Origin: Candidatus Nanopusillus sp.
Lineage (GTDB): Archaea > Nanobdellota > Nanobdellia > Nanobdellales > Nanobdellaceae
Length of the DNA stretch: 32,000 nucleotides
Direction of reading: 5' to 3'
Assembly (NCBI GenBank): GCA_046533775.1
Contig: JAWDOO010000001.1
Span: 90,001-122,000, forward strand
Positions 9,078 to 17,259 of the stretch are shown here, piece by piece (position 1 is the first letter of the stretch; each line of letters begins with the position of its first letter). Position numbers and translations under genes: made by a program. The notes under the pieces are model-generated. The model saw nothing but the letters and a program-made list of their open reading frames with translations, was not told where the DNA came from and searched no databases.

Positions 9078-10244
9078 TTTTTCTACAGAATTTTTCCAAG
9101 ATAAATTTTTTATATCATCTAAACATAATTTTATTTCATATTCTCCCAATTTTGGATAAGATAACAATGCCAATATATAATCTGCCATTTTATTTACATC
9201 CCAAAAATCAACTGCCAATGCATTTTTTAATACTTCATATACACCTGTTTGTTTTGATATTATAATAAAATCTTTATATTTTAAAGCTTCAAATGGTGTT
9301 AAACCAAAAGGTTCTGATATAGATGGTAAAACAAATATATCTGCTATTGAATATAAATATTCTGCTAAATCATCATCAACCCATCCTGTAAATATTACAT
9401 TTTTTGATATATTTAAATCTGCAGCCATTTTTATTAATTGTTCCAACATTTCTCCAGTTCCTGCAAATATAAATAATACATCTTTTCTTTTTTCCAAAAC
9501 TTTTTTAGCTGCTTTTAATAAATAATCCGGACCCTTATGCATTGTCATTCTTCCAAGATATAATACTATTTTATATTTTTCTTTTATTTTACTATTTATT
9601 TTTTCTCTTATATTAAAATCATCATCTGGAGCATTATATATTACATCAATCTTCTTTTCATCGCAATTATAATATTTTATCAATATATCCTTTTCTCTTT
9701 TACTTACTACAATAATCTTATCTGCATATTTACAAGCTTCCAACTCTATTCCATAATCATAATCATATAAATATTTTAATATATCTGGGTTCCCTCCAAC
9801 TCTATCATATACTAAAGAATGAAAATGAACAACCAGTGGTTTTTTGTATATTTTCTTTATTTCTATACCTGCTAAAGCAGTTAACCAATCATATGCATAT
9901 ATAATATCAAAATCTAATTTCATTTTTTTCAATATATCTAATATTTTATCTTTATATTCAATTACCGCTTTTTTATAGTCTATAATTTTTCTTTTATATA
10001 ATGTAAAAGATTCATATTTAAAATAATCTATATATGATTGATATACTTTCATATTTAATCCGAAGATTTTTGAATTCTTTAATTTATCATTCCAAAAGGT
10101 TTTTACATCATCGGTCAAGTTTAAAATAAATAAATAAACATTGTTATTAAAATAATCAAGATACTTTAAATAATAATATGTTACTTTTTCTAATCCACCA
10201 CCTTTTTGAGGAAACACTCCCCATGATAAAAACAGTATTTTCAT
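9048..10244 (-). CDS. GT-B glycosyltransferase, archaeal GlgA-like glycogen synthase (GT4/GT5)
   Basis: The N-terminus KILFLSWGVFPQKGGGLEKV resembles archaeal glycogen synthase (fe.lP.KvGGL). C-terminal PSISEPFGLTPFEALKY is the E-x7-E motif. Adjacent to GH57 as in crenarchaeal glycogen clusters. The 3' end overlaps the GH57 3' end by 30 nt. Confidence 0.75.
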   Translation of the reverse strand: MKILFLSWGVFPQKGGGLEKVTYYYLKYLDYFNNNVYLFILNLTDDVKTFWNDKLKNSKIFGLNMKVYQSYIDYFKYESFTLYKRKIIDYKKAVIEYKDKILDILKKMKLDFDIIYAYDWLTALAGIEIKKIYKKPLVVHFHSLVYDRVGGNPDILKYLYDYDYGIELEACKYADKIIVVSKREKDILIKYYNCDEKKIDVIYNAPDDDFNIREKINSKIKEKYKIVLYLGRMTMHKGPDYLLKAAKKVLEKRKDVLFIFAGTGEMLEQLIKMAADLNISKNVIFTGWVDDDLAEYLYSIADIFVLPSISEPFGLTPFEALKYKDFIIISKQTGVYEVLKNALAVDFWDVNKMADYILALLSYPKLGEYEIKLCLDDIKNLSWKNSVEKLISIFNSLV

Positions 10245-10253
10245 AATTAAAAG

Positions 10254-11900
10254 ATGAATATAAATAATTATAAATCTTTTAACAAAAATATTTGTATGGA
10301 AAAAGAAATTGAATTAGAAAATTTTGATTATGCCATTATAAATAATAAGGGTTCCTTTTTGTTTTTACCTTTACTATATAACAGTAGATATTTTGGTTTA
10401 TTACAATATCATAATAACAATTTTATCAAAATAATAGAAAAAATAGAAAATAGGGATATAAATTATAATGAAATTGAAAAGATAATATTAAAAGATTATA
10501 ATGATTTAAAAATAATTTATAAAAATGGATGGGAAGAATATAAATTAATAGATAATAAATTAATATATAAGACAAATAAATACTCTACATTGAATGTTTA
10601 TTTTGATATAAGATATTTATATGATATAGATGAATGGGGAAGGATATATAATAATGAAAAAAATAAGGATTATGTAAAAATAAAATTTAATAAAGGTGAT
10701 TTAAAATATGAAGTAATAATAAAAGGATTTGAAGTTTATCAAGAATTAAATAAATGGATAAAGGTAAATTACAATTATGATTTATATAGAAAATCCCCTC
10801 CATTTGAAAGATATATATATTTACCATTTTCTTTTTATGCAAAAGAATTAGAAATAATATATAAAAATGATAAGGAAAATTTAAATGGAAAAAATTTAAT
10901 TGAAAATAGGTTATTATCTTTTATTTATGATAATAATATCTCTGCAGGTTTTCCATGGTATTTTCAGGAATGGAGTAGAGATATATTAATTTCATTAAAA
11001 GGATTATATTATATTAATAAAGATATTGTAAAAAATAAGTTAATTGAATATTCAGATTATTTTTTATTAGATGGAAGATTAAAAAATATAAAAAATGAAA
11101 ATGTTGGAAATTCTGATGGGATTGGATTATATATTTTTAGATTATTTCAATTTAAAGATTTATTTGAAAAAGAAATATTTGACAAATTAATAAATAATAT
11201 AATTGAAAAAATAAAATTATTTGAAGAAAATTATTTAGATGAAAAATTATTTTTATTTAAAGCATATCCAAATGAAACATGGATGGATACATTAAATAGA
11301 ATTTATCCAATAGAAATACAATTCTTAATGGCAAATGCATATGATAATTTATATAATTATACAAAGAAAGATGAATATAAAGAAAAATTGGAGAAAATAA
11401 GGAATTCAATTAGAAAGAATTATTTATCAGATTATTCTTTATATGATGATATAAAAAATAAAAAGATAAGATGTAATGTATTTTTATCATATTATTTTTA
11501 TCCAAAGGTTTTTTCAAATTATGAGTGGGAAAATATTTTTGATTATTCATTAACTCATTTATATCTAAAATGGGGAGGAATTAGTAGTTTATCTATATTT
11601 GATAAAGAATTTATTCCATATAGTAATGAGGATAATTATTTTAAAAATGAAGGAAAGTCAATGCATAATGGAGATTCATGGATTTTTATAAATAACATTG
11701 CTGCTATTGATTTATATAATTTAAATAAGGAAAAATATGGAAATATAATAAATAGTATTATAAAATCTAATGAAAGATTGATAAAAATGATAGGAACATT
11801 ACCAGAAAGATCTAGTGCATATGAATTAAAACCAGCAGGAGCTCTACATCAATTATGGTCAATATCAACTTATATAGAATTATTAAATAATATAAAATAG
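10254..11900 (+). CDS. Glycogen debranching enzyme, amylo-alpha-1,6-glucosidase (GDE_C) family
   Basis: GFPWYFQEWSRDILISLKGL, HNGDSWIFINN and LPERSS..GALHQLWSISTYIELL match GDE_C signatures (gyPWF..WgRDt.Isl.Gl; QaWSa). Alternative start at Met15 (10296) has a TTATAAAT box about 26 nt upstream. Confidence 0.85.
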   Translation: MNINNYKSFNKNICMEKEIELENFDYAIINNKGSFLFLPLLYNSRYFGLLQYHNNNFIKIIEKIENRDINYNEIEKIILKDYNDLKIIYKNGWEEYKLIDNKLIYKTNKYSTLNVYFDIRYLYDIDEWGRIYNNEKNKDYVKIKFNKGDLKYEVIIKGFEVYQELNKWIKVNYNYDLYRKSPPFERYIYLPFSFYAKELEIIYKNDKENLNGKNLIENRLLSFIYDNNISAGFPWYFQEWSRDILISLKGLYYINKDIVKNKLIEYSDYFLLDGRLKNIKNENVGNSDGIGLYIFRLFQFKDLFEKEIFDKLINNIIEKIKLFEENYLDEKLFLFKAYPNETWMDTLNRIYPIEIQFLMANAYDNLYNYTKKDEYKEKLEKIRNSIRKNYLSDYSLYDDIKNKKIRCNVFLSYYFYPKVFSNYEWENIFDYSLTHLYLKWGGISSLSIFDKEFIPYSNEDNYFKNEGKSMHNGDSWIFINNIAAIDLYNLNKEKYGNIINSIIKSNERLIKMIGTLPERSSAYELKPAGALHQLWSISTYIELLNNIK

Positions 11901-11901
11901 A

Positions 11902-12816
11902 ATGTGGTGGAAAAAATATGGATTCTCTAAGAATCCATTAGATATAAGACCAAATGAAGATTTGGTAGGAGTAGATGATATAATAAAAAAGGTAAAGGAT
12001 TCTATAATAAATGGTGAAATATTTCTATTATATGGTCCAATTGGTTCTGGGAAAACTTCCTTAGCATTTAAAATTAAAAAAGATCTATCAAATGACTATA
12101 ATATAATATATATAAATGGGGAATATGAAAAGGATAAAGATATAAATTACATAATTGAAAAAAATAAATATATTAAGTTTTTATTCTTTAAATTTGAAAA
12201 TAAATCGCCTATAGTATTAATATTAGATGAATTTTATAATTTTCCAGAAGATGTATCTAAAAAACTAAAATATTTATATGATAATAAAATTGCTCATTCA
12301 ATAATGTTAATTCAACCATCTCCACAAATAATGAATGCTACACTATCTTTCTTAAATAGATTATATAGAAAGATTGAAATGAAATTTCCTCCAGAAGATG
12401 AAATATTAAAATTAATAAATAAAAAATTAAAGGGAAAAGTAAATATAGATGAAAAAATATTGAGAAATATAATAAGAAAGAATAATAATAATGTTAGGCA
12501 GATATTTATTGAATTAAATAATTTATTAGAGGAAGGAATAAATAATATAAATAAAGAATTAGAAGAAATAAAGAATTTAGAAGATAATATAAAATTGTCA
12601 AATACACAAATAAAGATTCTAGAAGTATTATATAAAAATAAAATGTCTTCAAGAGAAATATCAAAAATATTAAATCTTCCAAGGAATACTGTATCAAAAT
12701 ATTTGAATAAAATGCATAAAAATGGTATATTAATAAGAGAAGTAAATAATAATGAATATATTTATAGTATAAATCCTCAATATATAAATATTATATCAAA
12801 GAAAATTGGAAAATAG
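11902..12816 (+). CDS. Compact Orc1/Cdc6-like AAA+ ATPase with C-terminal winged helix-turn-helix
   Basis: Walker A LLYGPIGSGKTSLA, Walker B VLILDEF. LNRLYRKIEMKFPPEDEILKLINKKL resembles the Orc1/Cdc6 sRl...i.F.pY...el..IL block. C-terminal wHTH LSNTQIKILEVLYKNKMSSREISKILNLPRNTVSKYLNKMHKNGILIRE. Only 304 aa. Starts 1 nt after the debranching gene stop. Confidence 0.5.
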   Translation: MWWKKYGFSKNPLDIRPNEDLVGVDDIIKKVKDSIINGEIFLLYGPIGSGKTSLAFKIKKDLSNDYNIIYINGEYEKDKDINYIIEKNKYIKFLFFKFENKSPIVLILDEFYNFPEDVSKKLKYLYDNKIAHSIMLIQPSPQIMNATLSFLNRLYRKIEMKFPPEDEILKLINKKLKGKVNIDEKILRNIIRKNNNNVRQIFIELNNLLEEGINNINKELEEIKNLEDNIKLSNTQIKILEVLYKNKMSSREISKILNLPRNTVSKYLNKMHKNGILIREVNNNEYIYSINPQYINIISKKIGK

Positions 12817-12887
12817 CCACCGTAGCTCAGCGGTAGAGCGCTACCCTGGTAAGGTAGAGGTCCCGGGTTCAAGTCCCGGCGGTGGCA
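12816..12887 (+). tRNA. tRNA-Thr (anticodon GGU), 72 nt, no intron, no encoded CCA
   Basis: Hand-folded cloverleaf: acceptor GCCACCG/CGGTGGC, D stem GCTC/GAGC, anticodon stem CTACC/GGTAG, loop CT-GGT-AA, T arm CCGGG-TTCAAGT-CCCGG, discriminator A. G+C is 47/72 by hand count. G1 is the last base of the upstream TAG stop codon. Confidence 0.93.
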
Positions 12888-12890
12888 CAG

Positions 12891-12895
12891 TTTTT
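12891..12895 (+). terminator. Oligo-T tract (T5) 4 nt downstream of tRNA-Thr
   Basis: ...GGTGGCAcagTTTTTaac. Archaeal RNA polymerase terminates at oligo-T runs. T runs are common in this AT-rich DNA. Confidence 0.3.
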
Positions 12896-13002
12896 AACTT
12901 AATTTTTCATTAGAAACCATTAAATCAATAATTTTTATTTTTCATAAATTCTAAACATTATAGGTGACATAAATTTATATTTGAAAAAAATAAAATATTA
13001 AA

Positions 13003-13593
13003 ATGATAATAAACTTTGGCATACAAGAATATTTGTTTCTTTTTATAATATCGGAAATAATAGTTGGATTAGTATTGCCATTTATTATAATAAAGGAAGA
13101 AAGAGAAAAGATAATAGAATTAAAATTATATTCCTTAGTAGCTTTTATATTGTATGTACTTGTTGGAATGACATTTATAGTAATATTAGCATCAATAAGT
13201 TATTATTATAGCTTTGGATTATTTAATTATAATCTAGGTTATATTATTGGATTTGGATTATTTATAATTGGATTAATATTACAGGGTGTTGCTGAAGCAA
13301 CCCTTGGAAAATATTATTTACCATCTATTGGAACTGTTGAAGGTCAAAAGATAATTAAAAATGGTATATACAAATATATAAGACATCCAGGATATTTAGG
13401 AGAAATAATAATATTTTTTGGACTTGGATTTGTAACATATAGTTTACTAGGAATATTAGGAGCTTTTATTATATCATTAATGGTATATGTTGGAGAAGTA
13501 ATTCCAGAAGAAAAATATATGCTAGAAAAGTTTGGAAAGGAATATGAAGAATATATGAAAGAAACTTTTAGATTTATTCCTTATATATTTTAA
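13003..13593 (+). CDS. Isoprenylcysteine carboxyl methyltransferase (ICMT)/phospholipid methyltransferase-family membrane methyltransferase
   Basis: Multi-pass membrane protein. Carries the GIYKYIRHPGYLGEIIIFFGLG and EEKYMLEKFGKEYEEYMKETFRFIP signatures (RHPxYxG ... EE..L...FG..Y..Y). Confidence 0.8.
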   Translation: MIINFGIQEYLFLFIISEIIVGLVLPFIIIKEEREKIIELKLYSLVAFILYVLVGMTFIVILASISYYYSFGLFNYNLGYIIGFGLFIIGLILQGVAEATLGKYYLPSIGTVEGQKIIKNGIYKYIRHPGYLGEIIIFFGLGFVTYSLLGILGAFIISLMVYVGEVIPEEKYMLEKFGKEYEEYMKETFRFIPYIF

Positions 13594-13610
13594 TTTTTTA
13601 TGTTTTATCT

Positions 13611-13684
13611 GGGACCGTAGTCCAGCCTGGAAGGATGTCGGTTTGGGGTACCGGTGGTCCCGGGTTCAAGTCCCGGCGGTCCCA
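13611..13684 (+). tRNA. tRNA-Pro (anticodon GGG), 74 nt, no intron, no encoded CCA
   Basis: Acceptor GGGACCG/CGGTCCC, D stem GTCC/GGAT, anticodon stem TCGGT/ACCGG, loop TT-GGG-GT (G37), T arm CCGGG-TTCAAGT-CCCGG, discriminator A. The 3' end abuts the stop codon of the convergent gene with 0 nt spacer. Confidence 0.93.
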
Positions 13685-15961
13685 TTAATATAAAATAAAT
13701 ATTATTACTCCAACTATTCCTCCAATTAATAATCCAATATTTAAATAATTATATTGAATTTTTTTATTGAATTGTATAACGATATTTAAAGGCTGATTTA
13801 CAATATAATTGTATCCATTTTCATAATAAATTGTATTATAAAAGAATCCTGGATAAATATATTTTGAAGGTAAAATATTTATTATAGTTCCACTATTTAA
13901 AAAGATAGAAACATTTCCATAATTATTTATAGAATTATTTATAGAAACATTTACTAAGAATGGTGTATTAATATTTACTAGATATTGATATATACAATAA
14001 TTAGACAAATTAATACTTATTGGAGAAGTTATATTTATTGTTATATTATTTTGATTGCAATATAATCTTTCCTGATTATTTATATAATTAATTGAATTTA
14101 TTAATATTATAATATTGTTATTTGCATTTATATAAAAACTATTATTTCCAGAATATGTATTATTATTTATTGTATAATTAAATGGGAAAGATATATTTAA
14201 TTGATATTGTAAATAGCAATAATTTGATAGATTAATAATTTCTGAACTATTTATATTTAATGTTATATTATTTGGACAATAATATTGATAATTTCCAAAA
14301 TTATATGCTTGATTTAAGTAAATATTCAATAAATTATTTGCATAAAGGTAATATATATTATTATAGTATGTTTCATTTAAATAATTTCCAGAAATTGTAA
14401 AATTTATTCCAATGCTATCATTTATAGCAACTAAATAATATTCTGTATAGTTTGCAGAAATATTATAATTGTTATTTACTAACAAACCTATATTTATATA
14501 TTGTTGGGAATAATTAATATTATAACTTTCTCCATTTATTGTTAAATTATTTAGTAAATATAATGTATTGTTTTGGTAAATATATATTGGGATATTTATA
14601 TTAAAAACTGTTCCAAATGGATATTGATAATTTATATATGAATTATTGTAAGAATAATAAATTGATATATTATAATTTAAAGTATTTGTACTTCCCAAAT
14701 ATTCTGGATAAAAAGGACCTTCAGATAAATTTACAAATCCTTGTGATATTATATTTTCATTAATATTTGATGAATATTCTGCTGTATTAAAACCATAATT
14801 AAATATTGAAGGATCTGGAGTAAGATATTGATTATTATATAAATAATATAAACCCAAATAACCATTAATATTATTTATATCTATACAAGTTCCATATCCA
14901 GGTCCTCCAATAACTAATTCTAAATCTTCCATATTATTGGAACCAGTAAGAGATGGAGAAATAACTATATTTCCATTTGATGGAATTAATAGTGTAACAT
15001 TATCATACCAATATATATTTTGTCCATCTAAACTATATCCAAATTGTATTTCTGGATAAGAATTATTTTGAGTAACATTAATTATTAAATATACATTTAA
15101 TGGATATTGCAAATTAGAATAATTTGTTTCATATACATAAAAATATTTATTATAATAATTACTTACTATTCCATTTCCTTCAATTAAATTATTTGATAAA
15201 TAAGAATTTGAAGAAGTAAAATTCCATATATTATCAGCAAATTCATAATATCCGCCAGTATTATTTATTAATAAAACATTTTGTAACCAATAATATTGAC
15301 CATTACTTAATTCTAAGATTGCATTTAATTGTATAGAGCCAGAATTTTCACCTATAAAATTATTAGAACATAAAGGATCAACATATGAACTAAAACTATT
15401 TAAATAAATATCCCCAACAACTTCATCTGTTGTAATATTATATCCATAAATATTTCCATTACTAATATATATACCGTAATCAGAAATTCCTATTGGAAAA
15501 TAAATATTATTTATTACTTGATTTGTTAAAATGTATGTAAAATAATAATATGCATTCTGTGTATTATTATTATAAATTACTATATAATAATTTCCGGAAG
15601 ATAAAAATATACTTTGATTTATATAATTTGTATATGTATTATAAATTGAAGTAAAATTACTACCATTTTGAAAATTTTGATAATTTTGTTGATTCATTAT
15701 ATAAAAATTTAAAGGAATTGATGAATTGAAATATATATTTAAATATTGATTTGATGAATTTATTGGATAAGAAAAATAATATCCCGAATATAAAATATAA
15801 AAATCACCGTAAGATCCTTGTCCCAAATTATATAGATTTAATTGATTTATATTTATAGAATTTACTGGAATATTAAACAATGTTGATGAATAATTTTGTG
15901 AGTATGTATTAAAAAAATTAAATATTAGAATTAATAATGTAAATAGTTTTAATTTATTCAT
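13685..15961 (-). CDS. Thermopsin-family (peptidase A5) secreted protein with C-terminal repeat domains and transmembrane anchor
   Basis: Sec-type signal MNKLKLFTLLILIFNFFNTYSQ. Three blocks parallel Sulfolobus thermopsin: FPIGISDYGIY..YNITTDEVVGDIYLNS, SIQLNAILELSNGQYYWLQNV..FADNIWNFT and LELVIGGPGYG..INGYLGLYY..FNYGFNTAEY. The corresponding thermopsin blocks are PAGIASFGLY..ITTNEMLGYVNITS, TLQFNIVL..YAYWLQDV..FIDNVWNLT and AELVWGGGGNG..LGLYY..TFGADTAEA. C-terminal helix LNIGLLIGGIVGVIIFILY. Very many N-x-S/T sequons. Confidence 0.8.
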   Translation of the reverse strand: MNKLKLFTLLILIFNFFNTYSQNYSSTLFNIPVNSININQLNLYNLGQGSYGDFYILYSGYYFSYPINSSNQYLNIYFNSSIPLNFYIMNQQNYQNFQNGSNFTSIYNTYTNYINQSIFLSSGNYYIVIYNNNTQNAYYYFTYILTNQVINNIYFPIGISDYGIYISNGNIYGYNITTDEVVGDIYLNSFSSYVDPLCSNNFIGENSGSIQLNAILELSNGQYYWLQNVLLINNTGGYYEFADNIWNFTSSNSYLSNNLIEGNGIVSNYYNKYFYVYETNYSNLQYPLNVYLIINVTQNNSYPEIQFGYSLDGQNIYWYDNVTLLIPSNGNIVISPSLTGSNNMEDLELVIGGPGYGTCIDINNINGYLGLYYLYNNQYLTPDPSIFNYGFNTAEYSSNINENIISQGFVNLSEGPFYPEYLGSTNTLNYNISIYYSYNNSYINYQYPFGTVFNINIPIYIYQNNTLYLLNNLTINGESYNINYSQQYINIGLLVNNNYNISANYTEYYLVAINDSIGINFTISGNYLNETYYNNIYYLYANNLLNIYLNQAYNFGNYQYYCPNNITLNINSSEIINLSNYCYLQYQLNISFPFNYTINNNTYSGNNSFYINANNNIIILINSINYINNQERLYCNQNNITINITSPISINLSNYCIYQYLVNINTPFLVNVSINNSINNYGNVSIFLNSGTIINILPSKYIYPGFFYNTIYYENGYNYIVNQPLNIVIQFNKKIQYNYLNIGLLIGGIVGVIIFILY
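13862..14284 (-). repeat. Intragenic tandem duplication (two ~70-aa Cys-pair modules) in the thermopsin-like protein
   Basis: YYCPNNITLNINSSEIINLSNYCYLQYQLNISFPF.. versus LYCNQNNITINITSPISINLSNYCIYQYLVNINTPF... Shared pattern YC..NNIT.NI.S.I.INLSNYC..QY..NI..PF. Confidence 0.6.
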
Positions 15962-16006
15962 AAGAGTTTATTATTTTTCATTTTTTATAAGATTTTATTT
16001 AAATAT

Positions 16007-16630
16007 TTGATTATGAGAACATTTATTTTTTATTCAAATACAATAAGAACTGATGGAAATTTTAAAAACATATATTATTCAGGAAGATTGGATATAGCAA
16101 TTAATTCAATTATACATGCTTTTTTTGTATCAAATGGATTAAGAAAGAATATTAGATTTGATTTATATTTAAATGGAAAACCTGTTCCTCCAAGATTGAT
16201 AAGAATAGAATCAGATATAAATACCCCATGGTCAAAAAAGGATATATCTACATTATTATCAATATCATTGAAAAAATATAATAAAAAGAATATTAAAAAT
16301 CCATTCCCAGGTATATATGTTGATAAAATTGATTTTTTCGATTTATTGGATGAATATAAAAATAATGAAAAAAATATATATTTATTAGATAAAGATGGAG
16401 AATTTATTGAAAATATAAAAATTGAAAATCCGGTATTTATTATTGGAGATTTTTTAGGAATACCAAAAGATGTAAAGAAAAAAATAGATAGTGATGTAAT
16501 AAAGATTTCTTTGGGAGATATTAATTATTTTTCATCACAGGTTATTGTAATATTAAATTATTATTTAGATAAAATGAATTTTGAAAAGGATATATATGAT
16601 ACTTCATATAAATTTATTTATAGGGAATGA
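16007..16630 (+). CDS. trmY: tRNA (pseudouridine54-N1)-methyltransferase TrmY (SPOUT, DUF358)
   Basis: RTFIFYSNT..SGRLDIAINSIIHAFFVSNGLRKNIRFDLYLNG.PVPPRLI, PGIYV and ENPVFIIGDFLGIP closely parallel M. jannaschii TrmY (REFIFKANK..GRLDLLCRCV..FFLSHDIRRDV; ENPVFIIGDHIGI). Confidence 0.85.
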   Translation: MIMRTFIFYSNTIRTDGNFKNIYYSGRLDIAINSIIHAFFVSNGLRKNIRFDLYLNGKPVPPRLIRIESDINTPWSKKDISTLLSISLKKYNKKNIKNPFPGIYVDKIDFFDLLDEYKNNEKNIYLLDKDGEFIENIKIENPVFIIGDFLGIPKDVKKKIDSDVIKISLGDINYFSSQVIVILNYYLDKMNFEKDIYDTSYKFIYRE

Positions 16631-17112
16631 TACTTGGTTTAGATCTATCTGCAAAGGAAAATAATAAAACCGGATATTTTTACTTTAATAAAAGACCAAT
16701 ATTTGGGGTATTAAATAAAAATGAAGAAATATTAAATTTAATAGAAAATGAAAAATTTAAATATATATTTATTGATGCTCCTTTAAGTTATAAATATCCA
16801 TATAGGGAAGAAGAAAGATTATTATATAAATATGGATTTAAACCATTACCATTATCTTTAAAATCAATGAAATTATTATATGAAAGGGCTAATTTATTAA
16901 AAAATAAAATAATAGAAATTAATAAGGATATAGAAGTATATGAAACATTTCCAAGAGCTATAGAAAAAATATTAAAATTAAAATATCAATATTTTTCAAA
17001 AGTATTTAAATATAAAGATATTTATGATGCATATTTATCATATTTAGCAGGTTTATTTTTTAAATTAAATAGATATGAAAAATTTGGAAATTTAATACTA
17101 CCAAAGATATAA
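16627..17112 (+). CDS. RNase H-fold protein, DUF429-like (predicted nuclease)
   Basis: The pattern MILGLDLSAKENNKTG ... YIFIDAPLS ... VYETFPRAIEKIL ... DIYDAYLSYLAG fits DUF429 (GiD...g ... IDaPl ... EvyPaa ... DAl.aa.tA). ATGA overlap with trmY. The stop lies 8 nt before tRNA-Arg. Confidence 0.45.
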   Translation: MILGLDLSAKENNKTGYFYFNKRPIFGVLNKNEEILNLIENEKFKYIFIDAPLSYKYPYREEERLLYKYGFKPLPLSLKSMKLLYERANLLKNKIIEINKDIEVYETFPRAIEKILKLKYQYFSKVFKYKDIYDAYLSYLAGLFFKLNRYEKFGNLILPKI

Positions 17113-17120
17113 TATATATA

Positions 17121-17195
17121 GGACCCGTAGTTCAGCATGGATAGAATTCTCGGTTGCGGTCCGAGAGGTCCGGGGTTCGAATCCCCGCGGGTCCA
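17121..17195 (+). tRNA. tRNA-Arg (anticodon GCG), 75 nt, no intron, no encoded CCA
   Basis: Acceptor GGACCCG/CGGGTCC, D stem GTTC/GAAT, anticodon stem CTCGG/CCGAG, loop TT-GCG-GT, T arm CGGGG-TTCGAAT-CCCCG, discriminator A. Confidence 0.93.
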
Positions 17196-17259
17196 TATAT
17201 AAATTTTATGTTACTAGAAGATAGTAACTAATAAAAATCTTTTTACCATATAAAATATA
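17195..17259 (+). promoter_or_regulatory. Conserved upstream module, copy A: TATATAAATTTT box + perfect 7-bp inverted repeat GTTACTA-gaaga-TAGTAAC (17210-17228) + AATAAAA/T5/CCA
   Basis: About 75% identical by hand alignment to 18301-18361, including all G/C-containing words. Located directly after tRNA-Arg and before the 17260 ATG. Confidence 0.55.

Noticed and set aside
10254-10295. First 14 codons of the debranching-enzyme ORF as certainly coding
   Set aside because: Not rejected outright, but Met15 (10296) has a better-placed TATA-like box (TTATAAAT, 10268-10275) and leaves a 51-bp divergent spacer. The start remains ambiguous, so the outer coordinate is reported with this caveat.
12506-12697. 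63-aa minus-strand track ORF
   Set aside because: Antisense to the AAA+-wHTH gene, with no start context or motif. Shadow ORF.
12888-13002. Possible replication origin or ORB repeats next to the Orc1/Cdc6-like gene
   Set aside because: Only weak AATTTTTCAT-type repeats are present, as expected by chance in AT-rich DNA. There are no clear inverted ORB elements, so no origin is called.
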